The notes under the pieces were generated by a model. That model had not been told where the DNA came from. It ran no database searches and saw nothing but the letters and a program-made list of their open reading frames with translations. A stretch of 64,000 nt of DNA from NCBI GenBank assembly GCA_041666485.1, contig JBAYGW010000004.1, positions 10,341 through 74,340 on the forward strand, given 5' to 3'. Both the position numbers and the translations under genes were made by a program. The stretch comes from Patescibacteria group bacterium (GTDB lineage: Bacteria; Patescibacteriota; Patescibacteriia; UM-FILTER-42-10). This document shows, in pieces, positions 16,275 through 25,524 of this stretch. The first letter of the stretch is position 1. Each line of letters opens with the position of its first letter.

Positions 16275-16556
16275 TATGACAGCGGGTGAAACCTCGAACG
16301 GGAACCAAACAAAACCAAAAACCACGTGAAACGACAGATTTTCAAATAGCACCTCTCCTAAAGATGAAACATCTCAGTAGAGGGGAATAAGGACATTTAC
16401 AAACATCCTGATTCCTCCCTTCTAACATGCAAAAAGCGTGGATTTATAGGTGAAATTATCCACTAAATATTATTTGAATTTATAAAGTATTTTTTCTGAT
16501 ATTACCACCTGATAGTAAATAATTACGACTGACTACTATATGCTTATTTAATCGTT

Positions 16557-16586
16557 TTGTCAAGAGCGAGTGTTTACTGCTACAAT
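16557..16586 (+). promoter_or_regulatory. Sigma70-like promoter upstream of the ECF sigma gene
   Basis: TTGTCA (16557-16562), then an 18-nt spacer, then TACAAT (16581-16586), about 36 nt before ATG 16622. Confidence 0.45.
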
Positions 16587-16621
16587 GAAATAATACTAAT
16601 TAATAATGCGTAGTAATCACA

Positions 16622-17206
16622 ATGGCTGTCATCAGAGACTGTAGTCAAAAATCAGATGAGGAGTTGGTTGCCTTAACACTTTCTGATCAAGGGTGGTATT
16701 TGTGTTTGATGCAAAGGTATGAGGCAAAATTGACCCGGTTTATCCGGCGCATCTCAGGGGTTAATGATCAGGATTTGGAAGACATTTTACAGGATGTATT
16801 CATTAAAGTGTATCGTAACCTGAACAGTTTTGATCTGGATCTGAAATTTTCTTCCTGGATTTACCGTATATGCAGAAACCATGTCATCAGTCATTACCGC
16901 AAAGTACAAAGCCGTCCGGAACTAATCGGCGGTGATGACGGAGAATTGATTTTGAATCAAATAAAAGATGACAGTGATCCGCACGCTTTGATTGACGAAG
17001 TATTGTCTAACGAAAAAATTCAGTCGGTGCTTTCCAAAATGGATAAAAAATATCAGGAAGTAATTATTCTGAAATATTTGGAAGACAAGGATTATCAGGA
17101 AATAGCGGATATTTTAAAAAAACCGGTCGGCACGGTCGGTACGCTTTTAAGCAGAGCAAAAGAACAATTTAAAACAATTACTCAAAAACAAGGAACCGAA
17201 TTTTAA
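16622..17206 (+). CDS. ECF-type RNA polymerase sigma-70 family factor
   Basis: Region 2: DILQDVFIKVYRNLNSFDLDLKFSSWIYRICRNHVISHYRK. Region 4 HTH: YQEIADILKKPVGTVGTLLSRAKEQFK. Confidence 0.85.
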   Translation: MAVIRDCSQKSDEELVALTLSDQGWYLCLMQRYEAKLTRFIRRISGVNDQDLEDILQDVFIKVYRNLNSFDLDLKFSSWIYRICRNHVISHYRKVQSRPELIGGDDGELILNQIKDDSDPHALIDEVLSNEKIQSVLSKMDKKYQEVIILKYLEDKDYQEIADILKKPVGTVGTLLSRAKEQFKTITQKQGTEF

Positions 17207-17207
17207 T

Positions 17208-17963
17208 ATGGAAGACACATCAAAACAAGTATTGGCAAAAATTGAAAAGGAAAAAATCACCCCGAAGCCGAAATGGCAATTCAGGCTAGAGCAGATTGGT
17301 ATTTGGTTTCTGGCTATTATTTCTGTATTAATCGGCAGTAATGCCTTTTCGCTGATTATCTTCGCTATGGTGAATAATGACTGGGAAGTGCTGGAACTGC
17401 TGGATAGAAATCCTGTTAGTCACACACTGGCAACTATCCCGTACCTTTGGCTGGTTGTTTTGGCTCTGTTTGTTCTGCTGGCATATTATAATACCCGCCA
17501 TACCAACAAAGGTTACCGTTACAGTACGTACGGCATTGTAATCGGCAGTATTGCCGCAAGCATGTTGGTCGGCACAGTATTATACTCAGTTGGTTTTGCG
17601 CCGGGCGTGGATCGTCTGATCAGGGGGGTACCGGGTATAAATATGCTGATGCATGATCGCGAGGAGATTTGGAGCCATCCAGAAAATGGATTTATGGCCG
17701 GTGAAATAATTAATGTAAAAAATAACACCAGTGAGTTTGAAATAATAGATTTGAACGATGAGGAATGGATAGTGAATGCCAACAATGCAGTCATTTTCCC
17801 CTCCGTTATAATAGAAAATGGTGAATTAGTAAGAATTATCGGACAGGTGCAGGATGATAAATATATATTTGAGGCTCAGCGTATTCTGCCTTGGCAGGTT
17901 GGTCCATCGTCTGGCGGGGTTTTCGGTGGCGGCATGCATCAGGGCTTTATCCAAGTGAAATAA
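17208..17963 (+). CDS. Polytopic membrane protein, candidate anti-sigma factor (translationally coupled to the ECF sigma gene)
   Basis: Starts 1 nt after the sigma stop (taatATG). Cytoplasmic N-terminus of ~25 aa, then at least 4 TM helices and a C-terminal extracytoplasmic domain. The call is positional. Confidence 0.45.
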   Translation: MEDTSKQVLAKIEKEKITPKPKWQFRLEQIGIWFLAIISVLIGSNAFSLIIFAMVNNDWEVLELLDRNPVSHTLATIPYLWLVVLALFVLLAYYNTRHTNKGYRYSTYGIVIGSIAASMLVGTVLYSVGFAPGVDRLIRGVPGINMLMHDREEIWSHPENGFMAGEIINVKNNTSEFEIIDLNDEEWIVNANNAVIFPSVIIENGELVRIIGQVQDDKYIFEAQRILPWQVGPSSGGVFGGGMHQGFIQVK

Positions 17964-18034
17964 ATTATTATACTGATACGTAGTAACAGTTGAAAGGTCG
18001 AACATTACAAATTAAAGAAAGGGACAAGTTAGGC

Positions 18035-18535
18035 ATGAAAAAAATGCTTTTAACAGCCATTGTATCTGCAGTTGCGTTAGCGACTGTAGGCATTGGTTTT
18101 ACAATGGCTCAAGGTGTCGCAATATCGGATACGCAAGTTGCGACATCTGAGGCAGTGAGTGCCGCAGATACTCCATCCGACGTTACAACTGATTGTGGCA
18201 TGGGAAGACATCTTGGTTCTGGTCCAGGCTTTGAGAAAATGCTCGACCAGAAAGCTGAGATTCTGAACCTGACTACGGATGAACTCCAAGCGAAGCTAGA
18301 TGAAGGCAAGACCTTTATTGAAATAGCTGAAGAGCAAGGAGTCACTTATACTGACATTCAAAACTATATGAATGCACAGTTTGAGGAAAATCTGCAGGCA
18401 CGCGTTGACTCAGGTTTTCTGACACAGGAACAGGCAGATCAATTCCGCACACAACACAATGAAAACAGCGGGACGATGCTGGGTCTGGGACTGGGTGATG
18501 GTATGGGGATGCATAGAGGCGGTATGCATTTCTAA
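18035..18535 (+). CDS. Secreted hypothetical protein (third gene of the sigma operon)
   Basis: MKKMLLTAIVSAVALATVGIGFTMAQG signal peptide. Gly/Met-rich C-terminus. ATG 18035 preferred over the upstream ATG 17990. Confidence 0.5.
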   Translation: MKKMLLTAIVSAVALATVGIGFTMAQGVAISDTQVATSEAVSAADTPSDVTTDCGMGRHLGSGPGFEKMLDQKAEILNLTTDELQAKLDEGKTFIEIAEEQGVTYTDIQNYMNAQFEENLQARVDSGFLTQEQADQFRTQHNENSGTMLGLGLGDGMGMHRGGMHF

Positions 18536-18564
18536 AGATTGAAATTAATTGATCGTCAAAACGC

Positions 18565-18598
18565 AAAAAGGCCGGTTGACCTACGCCGGTCTTTTTGT
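18565..18598. terminator. Bidirectional intrinsic terminator
   Basis: AAAAAGGCCGG-ttgacctacg-CCGGTCTTTTT forms an 11-bp stem flanked by an A-run and a T-run. Confidence 0.55.
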
Positions 18599-18693
18599 AT
18601 TATGGAGTATTAAATTTTCTGTTTACTGCCACTTTATTTTTTTTGGCTTTTGTGTTAAAATAGCACAAGCAAAATAGACTAATAATAAGTGAT

Positions 18694-19611
18694 ATGCCGC
18701 GAACAACGATCGAGCACAATGGTTTGGAGTGGACAAATATCATTCAGCCCACGGAAGAAGATACAAACCATTTAAAGACCAAATATGGTTTCCATTATTT
18801 TGATTTACGTGACTGTCTTTCCGTAACTGAATCACCAAAACTGGATATTTATGAGAAATATCTGTTTATTGTTTTTCACTTTCCGGACTATAATCGGAAA
18901 GAAAAAAGAATGATTTATCGGAGGTTAAATGTATTCATTGGAGACGGATTCTTAGTAACTTTGTATAAAGGCGAGTTTGATGCGGTGGAAGGGATGATGA
19001 ATTATGTGCAAGAAAATAACGATCCGCGTGACCAGTTTATGGGTAAAGGTTCTGGCTACTTGCTATACAATTTAATCAACCCGATTTTCAAAAAAGCATT
19101 TCCGATGGTAGATAAAATCGGAGAAAATTTGAGGGGAATTGAGGAGGATATTTACAGCGATAAGACAATTGATGTAGTAAAGGAATTGGCAATGGAACGC
19201 CGGAATATCCTTAATTTCCGGAGAATAATTGAACCGCAGAGGTTCTTGATTGACACCATGGTGCACCTTAAAAGGGGATTTTTAGGTACGGATTCTGATA
19301 TATATTTTGATGATATTCATGATCATATAGAGCGGATTTGGATGTTGCTAGAAAATTACCGGGAAATTGTAAGGGGGCTTAGCGACACCAACGATGCGCT
19401 TATTTCCCACAAGATGAATGAAACAATGAAAATGCTGACTTTGATTTCAGTGTGTTTGTTGCCATTGACTCTAATCGCAAGTATTTATGGTATGAATGTC
19501 ACAAGTCTGCCGTACGCAGAGAGCCCCGTGGCGATATGGGGATTTTTTGTAATAATGGTTTCATTAATTGCCGGAACGGTTATTTACTTCAGGAAAAGAG
19601 GCTTAATTTAA
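18694..19611 (+). CDS. corA: CorA-family Mg2+/Co2+ transporter
   Basis: Two C-terminal TM helices with the YGMN signature (ASIYGMNVTSLPY). A 305-aa length is typical. Confidence 0.85.
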   Translation: MPRTTIEHNGLEWTNIIQPTEEDTNHLKTKYGFHYFDLRDCLSVTESPKLDIYEKYLFIVFHFPDYNRKEKRMIYRRLNVFIGDGFLVTLYKGEFDAVEGMMNYVQENNDPRDQFMGKGSGYLLYNLINPIFKKAFPMVDKIGENLRGIEEDIYSDKTIDVVKELAMERRNILNFRRIIEPQRFLIDTMVHLKRGFLGTDSDIYFDDIHDHIERIWMLLENYREIVRGLSDTNDALISHKMNETMKMLTLISVCLLPLTLIASIYGMNVTSLPYAESPVAIWGFFVIMVSLIAGTVIYFRKRGLI

Positions 19612-19628
19612 ATTTAAATTTATCTATC

Positions 19629-20096
19629 GTGCTTAAGTCTTTGAAACAGTTTGGTTATCCGTTTGCCGTGTTTTTTTTGGTGGTCGGTTTACTGATGGGC
19701 TATCAGGAATTAATCACAGATCCGGTCACAAAGGAAAATATCACGGTGCTTTCCGCGACTGTGTCAGTAGATGATGAGCCTGTTGTTTTAGTTTCACCGG
19801 CAGAGCTGATAAACACTTATCAGGAAGATATCGCATTAATGGTATCAGAATTGGAATCAATTTTGGATCAGCAAAAGACATATTTGGTTGATTCGGAGCG
19901 TATAAAAGAAATCACAGAAATTGAACAAAAATTAATGAATACAAAAGTTCCTGAAATATATCGGGATTTGCATTTAAAAATATTCGGTATTATGCATTCA
20001 GTCAAACAGTTTGCTACACAAGAATCTGATCAACAGAATATTTCAGATATTCAGTCTAAAATTTTAACTATAAAAAATCAGTATGCTTGGTTTTAG
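19629..20096 (+). CDS. Hypothetical N-terminally membrane-anchored protein (start uncertain)
   Basis: The ORF-track start at 19452 overlaps corA. In-frame GTG 19629 (or ATG 19693) lies just after the corA stop and gives a TM helix AVFFLVVGLLMGY. Confidence 0.35.
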   Translation: MLKSLKQFGYPFAVFFLVVGLLMGYQELITDPVTKENITVLSATVSVDDEPVVLVSPAELINTYQEDIALMVSELESILDQQKTYLVDSERIKEITEIEQKLMNTKVPEIYRDLHLKIFGIMHSVKQFATQESDQQNISDIQSKILTIKNQYAWF

Positions 20097-20112
20097 CAAA
20101 AACACTGTCCGA

Positions 20113-21168
20113 ATGAAATATCTTTATATTATTTTCATTTTACTAGTGATTACCCTGGTGGGCGGGGGAGTATTAGTTTTGATTAACGGACAAGATAGAG
20201 CGCAGGTGCTTTCCTCGCAAGCAAACAATGTGAATAATATCCGGCCTTCAAAAAATGCAGTTACTTATATATCGGATCGTGACGGCAACGCGGAAATATA
20301 TCTTCAAAATACCGATGATCAAAAAACTCAGCGGGTGACAGAGACAAAAGTGACTGAGTATAGTCCCATCCTGTCTTCAGATGGAAGAAAACTGGCATTT
20401 TTTTCTGAAGAAGAAGGTTTCTACGGAATCTGGACATATTCTTTGGAAAATTATGAAAAAAAATTATTATCAATTACAAAAGCTGTTCCCAAAAGATTAT
20501 TATTTTCTCCGGACGGACTACTGCTGGCGTATTTTGAGCGGGATAATAGCCAAAATAATTTATATATTATTAATACGGTTAGCGGTCGTAAGGAGCGGGT
20601 CACTACATCGGCATATGATTTTTCCTGGTCGGATGACAGCTCGTCAATTGTTTATACGGAAAATTCTTTACCGAGCATCTTAAAGACTGAAATAATCATT
20701 CGGACAATCGCAGAAGATGGAAAATTGGAAGATCCGAATACCATGTTTGTCGGCGGGGTCGCGCCGGTGTTTGTGTCGGGAAGTGAGAGGCTGTATTTTA
20801 TTGATACGGGTGGTGAATATATCAGCCTGGCATCCACCAGTTTGCGCGGAGAAGGATATGCGGAAGAGTTTCAGATTAAAATTCAGCCCAAAGATGGAAT
20901 GCTGTACCGGCTGGCAAAAAACCCGGTGCGGAACGAATTACTGTTGTCAATATTTTCGGAAGAAAAACTTGTCGGGACTCTTTTCATTTCGCTGGATGAT
21001 AAAGTTGCGCTTCCGATAAATAACAAAGTCTTGGCAATTAACTGGGACAACAACGGAAAAATTATGTTTGTGGAGAAAGACGAGGCTGATAATAATCAGG
21101 TCTGGTTAAAAAATGATTATGACACTCAACCGGTTAAGTTAACAGACAAATATAATAATTGGTTTTAA
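20113..21168 (+). CDS. TolB-like beta-propeller protein with N-terminal TM anchor
   Basis: Anchor MKYLYIIFILLVITLVGGGVLVLI. YISDRDGNAEIY matches the TolB/PD40 hallmark (DRDGN.EIY). Further PD40-like repeats follow (SPDGLLLAY, SWSDDSSSIVY). An alternative ATG at 20083 overlaps the upstream gene. Confidence 0.6.
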   Translation: MKYLYIIFILLVITLVGGGVLVLINGQDRAQVLSSQANNVNNIRPSKNAVTYISDRDGNAEIYLQNTDDQKTQRVTETKVTEYSPILSSDGRKLAFFSEEEGFYGIWTYSLENYEKKLLSITKAVPKRLLFSPDGLLLAYFERDNSQNNLYIINTVSGRKERVTTSAYDFSWSDDSSSIVYTENSLPSILKTEIIIRTIAEDGKLEDPNTMFVGGVAPVFVSGSERLYFIDTGGEYISLASTSLRGEGYAEEFQIKIQPKDGMLYRLAKNPVRNELLLSIFSEEKLVGTLFISLDDKVALPINNKVLAINWDNNGKIMFVEKDEADNNQVWLKNDYDTQPVKLTDKYNNWF

Positions 21169-21172
21169 CGGA

Positions 21173-21937
21173 ATGATAATCCTACGAAGAATCAGCTCCA
21201 TTTTCTCTGTATTATCCGTTTTAGTTTTGTTTGAAATTTTGGTTTATAATCCGAACTGGTTTTTATACATCATATTAATTTTGGAAGCGATAGTAGTAAT
21301 TTCAATAATCGGTTTAGCCTGGAAAAAAATAGAATTGAAGGAAATCTGGCAGTTTTTAATACCGCCGGTATTTTTAGTTGCCTCAGCTTATGTCTTTATT
21401 TTTTTTGTTGAAGGAGTACTTTCAACGCAGCTATTTATTTTTTTTGTAGTATTCCTGTATGGTGTCTTTATTGAGAATACTTTTTTATATTTGTATCAGC
21501 CGGTCAAATACCAGCCTTACGCTTTAGAAAATATTTCAGCGTACGTTAACCTGGTGGCAGTATTTTTTATGGGGGCTTCTTTTCACAGCAATATGGTATT
21601 TTTTGGAACATCCGGTGCGATATCGTCAGTCTTCGTATTCATCTTTACGTTTGTTTTAGTAATTCAGATGATTTGGATAAATAAGATTGTGCTGAAGGGT
21701 AATTACGCCGTAGCCGGTATGCTGGCTCTGCTTGTCACGGAAATATTCTGGGCAACAGTATTCCTGCCGTCCAGTTATTTGGTAAACGGGTTGATAATCG
21801 CGCTCAGCTATTATTTCCTGGTCGGTGTATTCCGTTACTGGTTGCTTAAGAGTCTTGATCGTAAGGTGTTTAAACGATATATTATAATTACCGTTTCGGT
21901 TTTTATCGTTGTCGCCTTGTCCGCACGTTGGACTTAG
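21173..21937 (+). CDS. Polytopic integral membrane protein, hypothetical
   Basis: 254 aa with about 7 hydrophobic helices and no motif. Confidence 0.5.
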   Translation: MIILRRISSIFSVLSVLVLFEILVYNPNWFLYIILILEAIVVISIIGLAWKKIELKEIWQFLIPPVFLVASAYVFIFFVEGVLSTQLFIFFVVFLYGVFIENTFLYLYQPVKYQPYALENISAYVNLVAVFFMGASFHSNMVFFGTSGAISSVFVFIFTFVLVIQMIWINKIVLKGNYAVAGMLALLVTEIFWATVFLPSSYLVNGLIIALSYYFLVGVFRYWLLKSLDRKVFKRYIIITVSVFIVVALSARWT

Positions 21938-21965
21938 ATTTATAAAAATAATCATTAATAAATAT

Positions 21966-23249
21966 ATGAAAACAAAACCAGTACCAACATCACCAAAAGT
22001 CAGAAATAAAAAGGATATTGTAGAAGATATCTATAATTCAGGCGGCCAGAAGTCATTTGACAAACCGCGGATAAAACAGCGCAACGGAGTATTGATTCTG
22101 GTGCTGGCGATTTTGTCCGGTTTTTTTGCGGGTATTTTCGGAGAAACCATTGTGAATGCCTTGGCGGTAGCATATCCTAACTTGCCGGTAATCAGCTCGT
22201 TATACGTCAGGACATATCCGAACGAAGGTAATGTCCTGATTGTAAAAAATGAAAAAACAATTGAAGCTCAGGAACTGCAGGTGCTCAATACATTGAGCCA
22301 AATACAGCCCGCGGTAGTTACAGTATTTGAAAAGAAAAGTGTAAATCCGGGTGGCGCGGATTTATTGGATGATAATTACCAATTCGGTAATGCGTTGGGC
22401 AACGCGTTAATTTTAACTAATGACGGATTGTTAGTGACGACCAATCAAATAGTAACTGATGCGGAGAAAGAATATGTGGCAGTGACGTCTGACCGGAAAA
22501 TATATTTAGCTGAAAAAGTAATACGGGATTCCGCGACAAATCTGGTGTTTTTCAGAATAAGTGCCACGAACTTATCTATAGTAGAATTCATTAATCCCCA
22601 GGATTTGCATATTGGTCAGCAGGTATTGGCTCTGTCCAATAAAGTAAACGGTAATTATGAAAGTGAGGCATCCACAATCAGAGACCTGCTTTATTATCCG
22701 GATAACGAACTTATTGATATTATTTATTCATCGGAAAAACTTAATGATCAGATAAAAATAACAGATTCTCTGCCGGAGGTTTTTCTGGGCGGTCCGCTAG
22801 TTACCAATGACGGAAAGGTGGTCGGGATTGCAACGGCTGATAGAAATAATGTAATAAATCAAATTTTGCCGGGCGAATATATTCAAAAAATAATCCCAGG
22901 CATTCTGACAGATGGTACACCAGGCAGAGTATATTTTGGCACAAATTATATTGATTTAAGCCGCACAACCCAGTTGGATGTCAGTACTGTTGGTGAAAAC
23001 AAAGTCGGAGCGCTGTTATATGGAAATGATTCATTATCAATCACAGCTGTTGAGAGCGGCAGTCCCGCGGAAAAGGCCGGGTTAATGAAAGACGATATTA
23101 TTACAGCGGTTGACGGTAGGGAAATATCAAATAACGACAGCTTGTCGGAAATTATACAAAATTATAAAGCAGGTGATAAAGTTGATATTCAATACATCCG
23201 CTCGGGCGAGAAATTAACATTACCGGATGTGACGCTGACTGAAGAATAA
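21966..23249 (+). CDS. HtrA/DegP-like trypsin-fold protein with C-terminal PDZ domain. The catalytic triad is substituted, so it is a predicted pseudoprotease
   Basis: N-terminal TM anchor. The protease-domain landmarks align, but the catalytic residues are replaced: His box GLLVTTNQIV (H->Q), Asp box TNLVFFRI (D->N), Ser box EVFLGGPLVTNDGKVVGIATA (GNSGGP -> VFLGGP, S->L). The PDZ is intact (SPAEKAGLMKDDIITAVDGREI). Confidence 0.7.
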   Translation: MKTKPVPTSPKVRNKKDIVEDIYNSGGQKSFDKPRIKQRNGVLILVLAILSGFFAGIFGETIVNALAVAYPNLPVISSLYVRTYPNEGNVLIVKNEKTIEAQELQVLNTLSQIQPAVVTVFEKKSVNPGGADLLDDNYQFGNALGNALILTNDGLLVTTNQIVTDAEKEYVAVTSDRKIYLAEKVIRDSATNLVFFRISATNLSIVEFINPQDLHIGQQVLALSNKVNGNYESEASTIRDLLYYPDNELIDIIYSSEKLNDQIKITDSLPEVFLGGPLVTNDGKVVGIATADRNNVINQILPGEYIQKIIPGILTDGTPGRVYFGTNYIDLSRTTQLDVSTVGENKVGALLYGNDSLSITAVESGSPAEKAGLMKDDIITAVDGREISNNDSLSEIIQNYKAGDKVDIQYIRSGEKLTLPDVTLTEE

Positions 23250-23251
23250 AT

Positions 23252-23716
23252 ATGAAGAAAATATTTCACGCAATAAAAAATCACGAACAGATCAAAAGCC
23301 GCCCGTACATTGCGCAATTTGTTAAATTTGCGATTATCGGTACCGCCAACACCTTTGTTGACTTTGGTATATATTTTGGTTTGACCCGTTCCTCACAATT
23401 CTGGGAAACGCATTACTTGTGGGCAAATTTTATCGCTTTTGTTGTTGCTGCTTCTTCAAGTTATATATTTAACAAAAACTGGACCTTTAAAGACAAAAAT
23501 AGAAAAATACGGATTCAATATTCAAAATTCATACTGGTAAGCGCGATCGGACTTTCACTAAATGAGACGATTCTTTACTTTTTAGTCACGCATGCTGGGC
23601 TGCACGACTTAATATCAAAAGCAATGGCAATTAGCGTGGTGTTGTTCTGGAATTTTACGATTAACAAAATATGGACTTTCAGACCCGAAACAACAAACCA
23701 AGATGCAGAGTTGTAA
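23252..23716 (+). CDS. gtrA: GtrA-family membrane protein (lipid-linked sugar translocation)
   Basis: 154 aa with 4 TM helices. FVKFAIIGTANTFVDFGIYF...NKNWTF...NKIWTF are GtrA hallmarks. Confidence 0.75.
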   Translation: MKKIFHAIKNHEQIKSRPYIAQFVKFAIIGTANTFVDFGIYFGLTRSSQFWETHYLWANFIAFVVAASSSYIFNKNWTFKDKNRKIRIQYSKFILVSAIGLSLNETILYFLVTHAGLHDLISKAMAISVVLFWNFTINKIWTFRPETTNQDAEL

Positions 23717-23753
23717 AATATTGAAGTTTAAGTTATAATCACGATGATCAGAA

Positions 23754-24494
23754 ATGAATAAAGCACCCATATTTGAAGCACTTTCCCTTGTAATCCCGGT
23801 ATATAACGAGGAAAAAAGGATTGCGAAATCACTGGCAATTATCATTAAATATCTTGATCAGGTATGTCAGGAATACGAGATTATCATTGTTGATGACGGA
23901 AGTCAGGATCGGACTTTAGATGTGATAAATGAACTGAGTACGGATCGTTTTCGGATAATCAGATTGGAACGGAACAGGGGAAAAGGATACGCGGTAAAAC
24001 AGGGAATGTTAGCAGCCAAAAATGAACATATTCTTTTTTCTGATGCAGATCTTTCAACGCCGATTGAAGAACTGGAAAAATTTGTAGAATACACGAAAGA
24101 TTATGATGTGATTATCGGTTCGCGGGCAATGCAGGGTTCAAATATTGAAATTCATCAGCCGAAGTTCAAGGAGTTTCTAGGCAGGGTGGGAAACAAGTTT
24201 GTTCAGCTGGTATTGCTTCCCGGAATTCAGGATACGCAGTGCGGATTTAAACTTTTCAACAAAAGAACTATCGCAGTATTTGAGAATCAAACTATTGACC
24301 GATGGGGGTTTGATTTTGAAGTTTTGTGGCTAGCCAAGCAAATGGGTTTTAAAATCAAAGAGGTGCCGGTGCATTGGATTAATGATTTTGCAACGAAAGT
24401 TTCCGGATTTTCAAATTACGTCAGTACCTTCATGGAACTCATGAAGATAAGATGGAACGCCATGACTAATAAATATAATATTCAAAAAAAATGA
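23754..24494 (+). CDS. GT2 glycosyltransferase, polyprenyl/dolichyl-phosphate sugar synthase-like (GtrB/DPM1-like, soluble form)
   Basis: LSLVIPVYNEEKRI...EIIIVDDGSQDRT...GKGYAV...SDADLS (DxD). Confidence 0.8.
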   Translation: MNKAPIFEALSLVIPVYNEEKRIAKSLAIIIKYLDQVCQEYEIIIVDDGSQDRTLDVINELSTDRFRIIRLERNRGKGYAVKQGMLAAKNEHILFSDADLSTPIEELEKFVEYTKDYDVIIGSRAMQGSNIEIHQPKFKEFLGRVGNKFVQLVLLPGIQDTQCGFKLFNKRTIAVFENQTIDRWGFDFEVLWLAKQMGFKIKEVPVHWINDFATKVSGFSNYVSTFMELMKIRWNAMTNKYNIQKK

Positions 24495-25513
24495 CTGAGA
24501 CACCAATTTTTGACCAAGAAAATGTCCTAGTCTCCGGCGGAGCCGGGTTTATTGGATCTCATTTGTGTGATGAATTGGTGAAAAAATACAAAGTCATTTG
24601 TATTGATAATTTTATTACCGGACAGGAACGCAATATTGACCATTTATTGGATCATCCGAATTTTGAATTTGTCCGGCACGATATTAATGAACCGGTTGAT
24701 CTTGCCAAATACCCGGGTCTGAAAAAATTCAAAGTGGAATTTCAGGGTGTGCAGCAGATATTTAACCTGGCCTGTCCTACTTCACCAAAAGAATATAACA
24801 GAATCCCGATTGAAACGCTTTTGACCAATTCACACGGAACCCGCAATATGCTGGAGTTGGCGGTTAAATATAAAGCTAAATTCCTGCATGTTTCCAGTTC
24901 GTCAGTTTACGGCGAGCCGCTAGAAAATGCCCCTTTTCAGGAAGACTACTGGGGTTTTATCAATCCCGTAGGACCCCGAAGCTGTTATAACGAGGGGAAA
25001 AGATTCGCTGAAAGCATGGTTACAAATTACAAACGGGCATATGAACTAGAAACTAAAATTTTAAGAGTGTTTAATACTTTCGGCCCCCGGATGCGCATGG
25101 ATGACGGCAGAATGATTCCTGATTTTGTGGTATCGGCGATTGAAAACAGGGATATTGAAATATACGGTGATGAGAACGCGAACAGCACTTTTTGTTATAT
25201 CAATGATTTAATTGAAGCAATCACCCGGGCAATGAAAGCAAGCTTTACCGGAATACTGAATATCGGAAACCCGGAGGAACATCGGATTGTTGATATCGCG
25301 AGCGAAATTATTAAAATAACCGGGTCAAGTTCAAAAGTCGTATATAAAGAAGCATTACCGTTTACTTCCAAGCAGGGGGTACCCGATATAACATTAGCAA
25401 AAGCAAAACTAGGCTGGTTTCCGGTTGTACCATTATCTAGTGGACTGAAGGAAACTATTGAATATATGCGTGGGAGCAGTCATATTTTAAATTTTAATCC
25501 TAATAAACTTTAA
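24491..25513 (+). CDS. NAD-dependent epimerase/dehydratase, divergent UDP-glucuronate decarboxylase (UXS)-like paralogue
   Basis: [16 protein letters not shown]...[14 protein letters not shown]...SSSSVYGEP...YNEGKRFAE (YxxxK). Confidence 0.7.
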   Translation: MTETPIFDQENVLVSGGAGFIGSHLCDELVKKYKVICIDNFITGQERNIDHLLDHPNFEFVRHDINEPVDLAKYPGLKKFKVEFQGVQQIFNLACPTSPKEYNRIPIETLLTNSHGTRNMLELAVKYKAKFLHVSSSSVYGEPLENAPFQEDYWGFINPVGPRSCYNEGKRFAESMVTNYKRAYELETKILRVFNTFGPRMRMDDGRMIPDFVVSAIENRDIEIYGDENANSTFCYINDLIEAITRAMKASFTGILNIGNPEEHRIVDIASEIIKITGSSSKVVYKEALPFTSKQGVPDITLAKAKLGWFPVVPLSSGLKETIEYMRGSSHILNFNPNKL

Positions 25514-25524
25514 CAAAACAAATA

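Noticed and set aside
13037-16329. Antisense ORFs to the lipoprotein and OMP genes (for example 13371-14768, 465 aa; 15832-16329, 165 aa; 14864-15429)
   Set aside because: Same GC-driven artefact. The minus-strand genes carry an AGGAGG RBS, a lipobox signal peptide, repeated Ig-like domains and a downstream terminator.
16600-17990. Shared CGTAGTAAyCA word upstream of both the sigma gene and the third operon gene
   Set aside because: It is only a 9-10-nt match in AT-rich DNA. It is not distinguishable from chance without a background model.
19452-19628. 5' extension of ORF 19452-20096 overlapping corA by 160 nt
   Set aside because: It would require a long out-of-frame overlap with a well-supported CorA C-terminus. 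An in-frame GTG/ATG just after the corA stop gives a sensible TM-anchored protein.
25514-25524. Looked for a SAM riboswitch leader upstream of metK (and ahcY)
   Set aside because: Only 11 nt separate metK from the preceding gene and 66-200 AT-rich nt precede ahcY. There is no room or sequence for a SAM-I/SAM-II aptamer.
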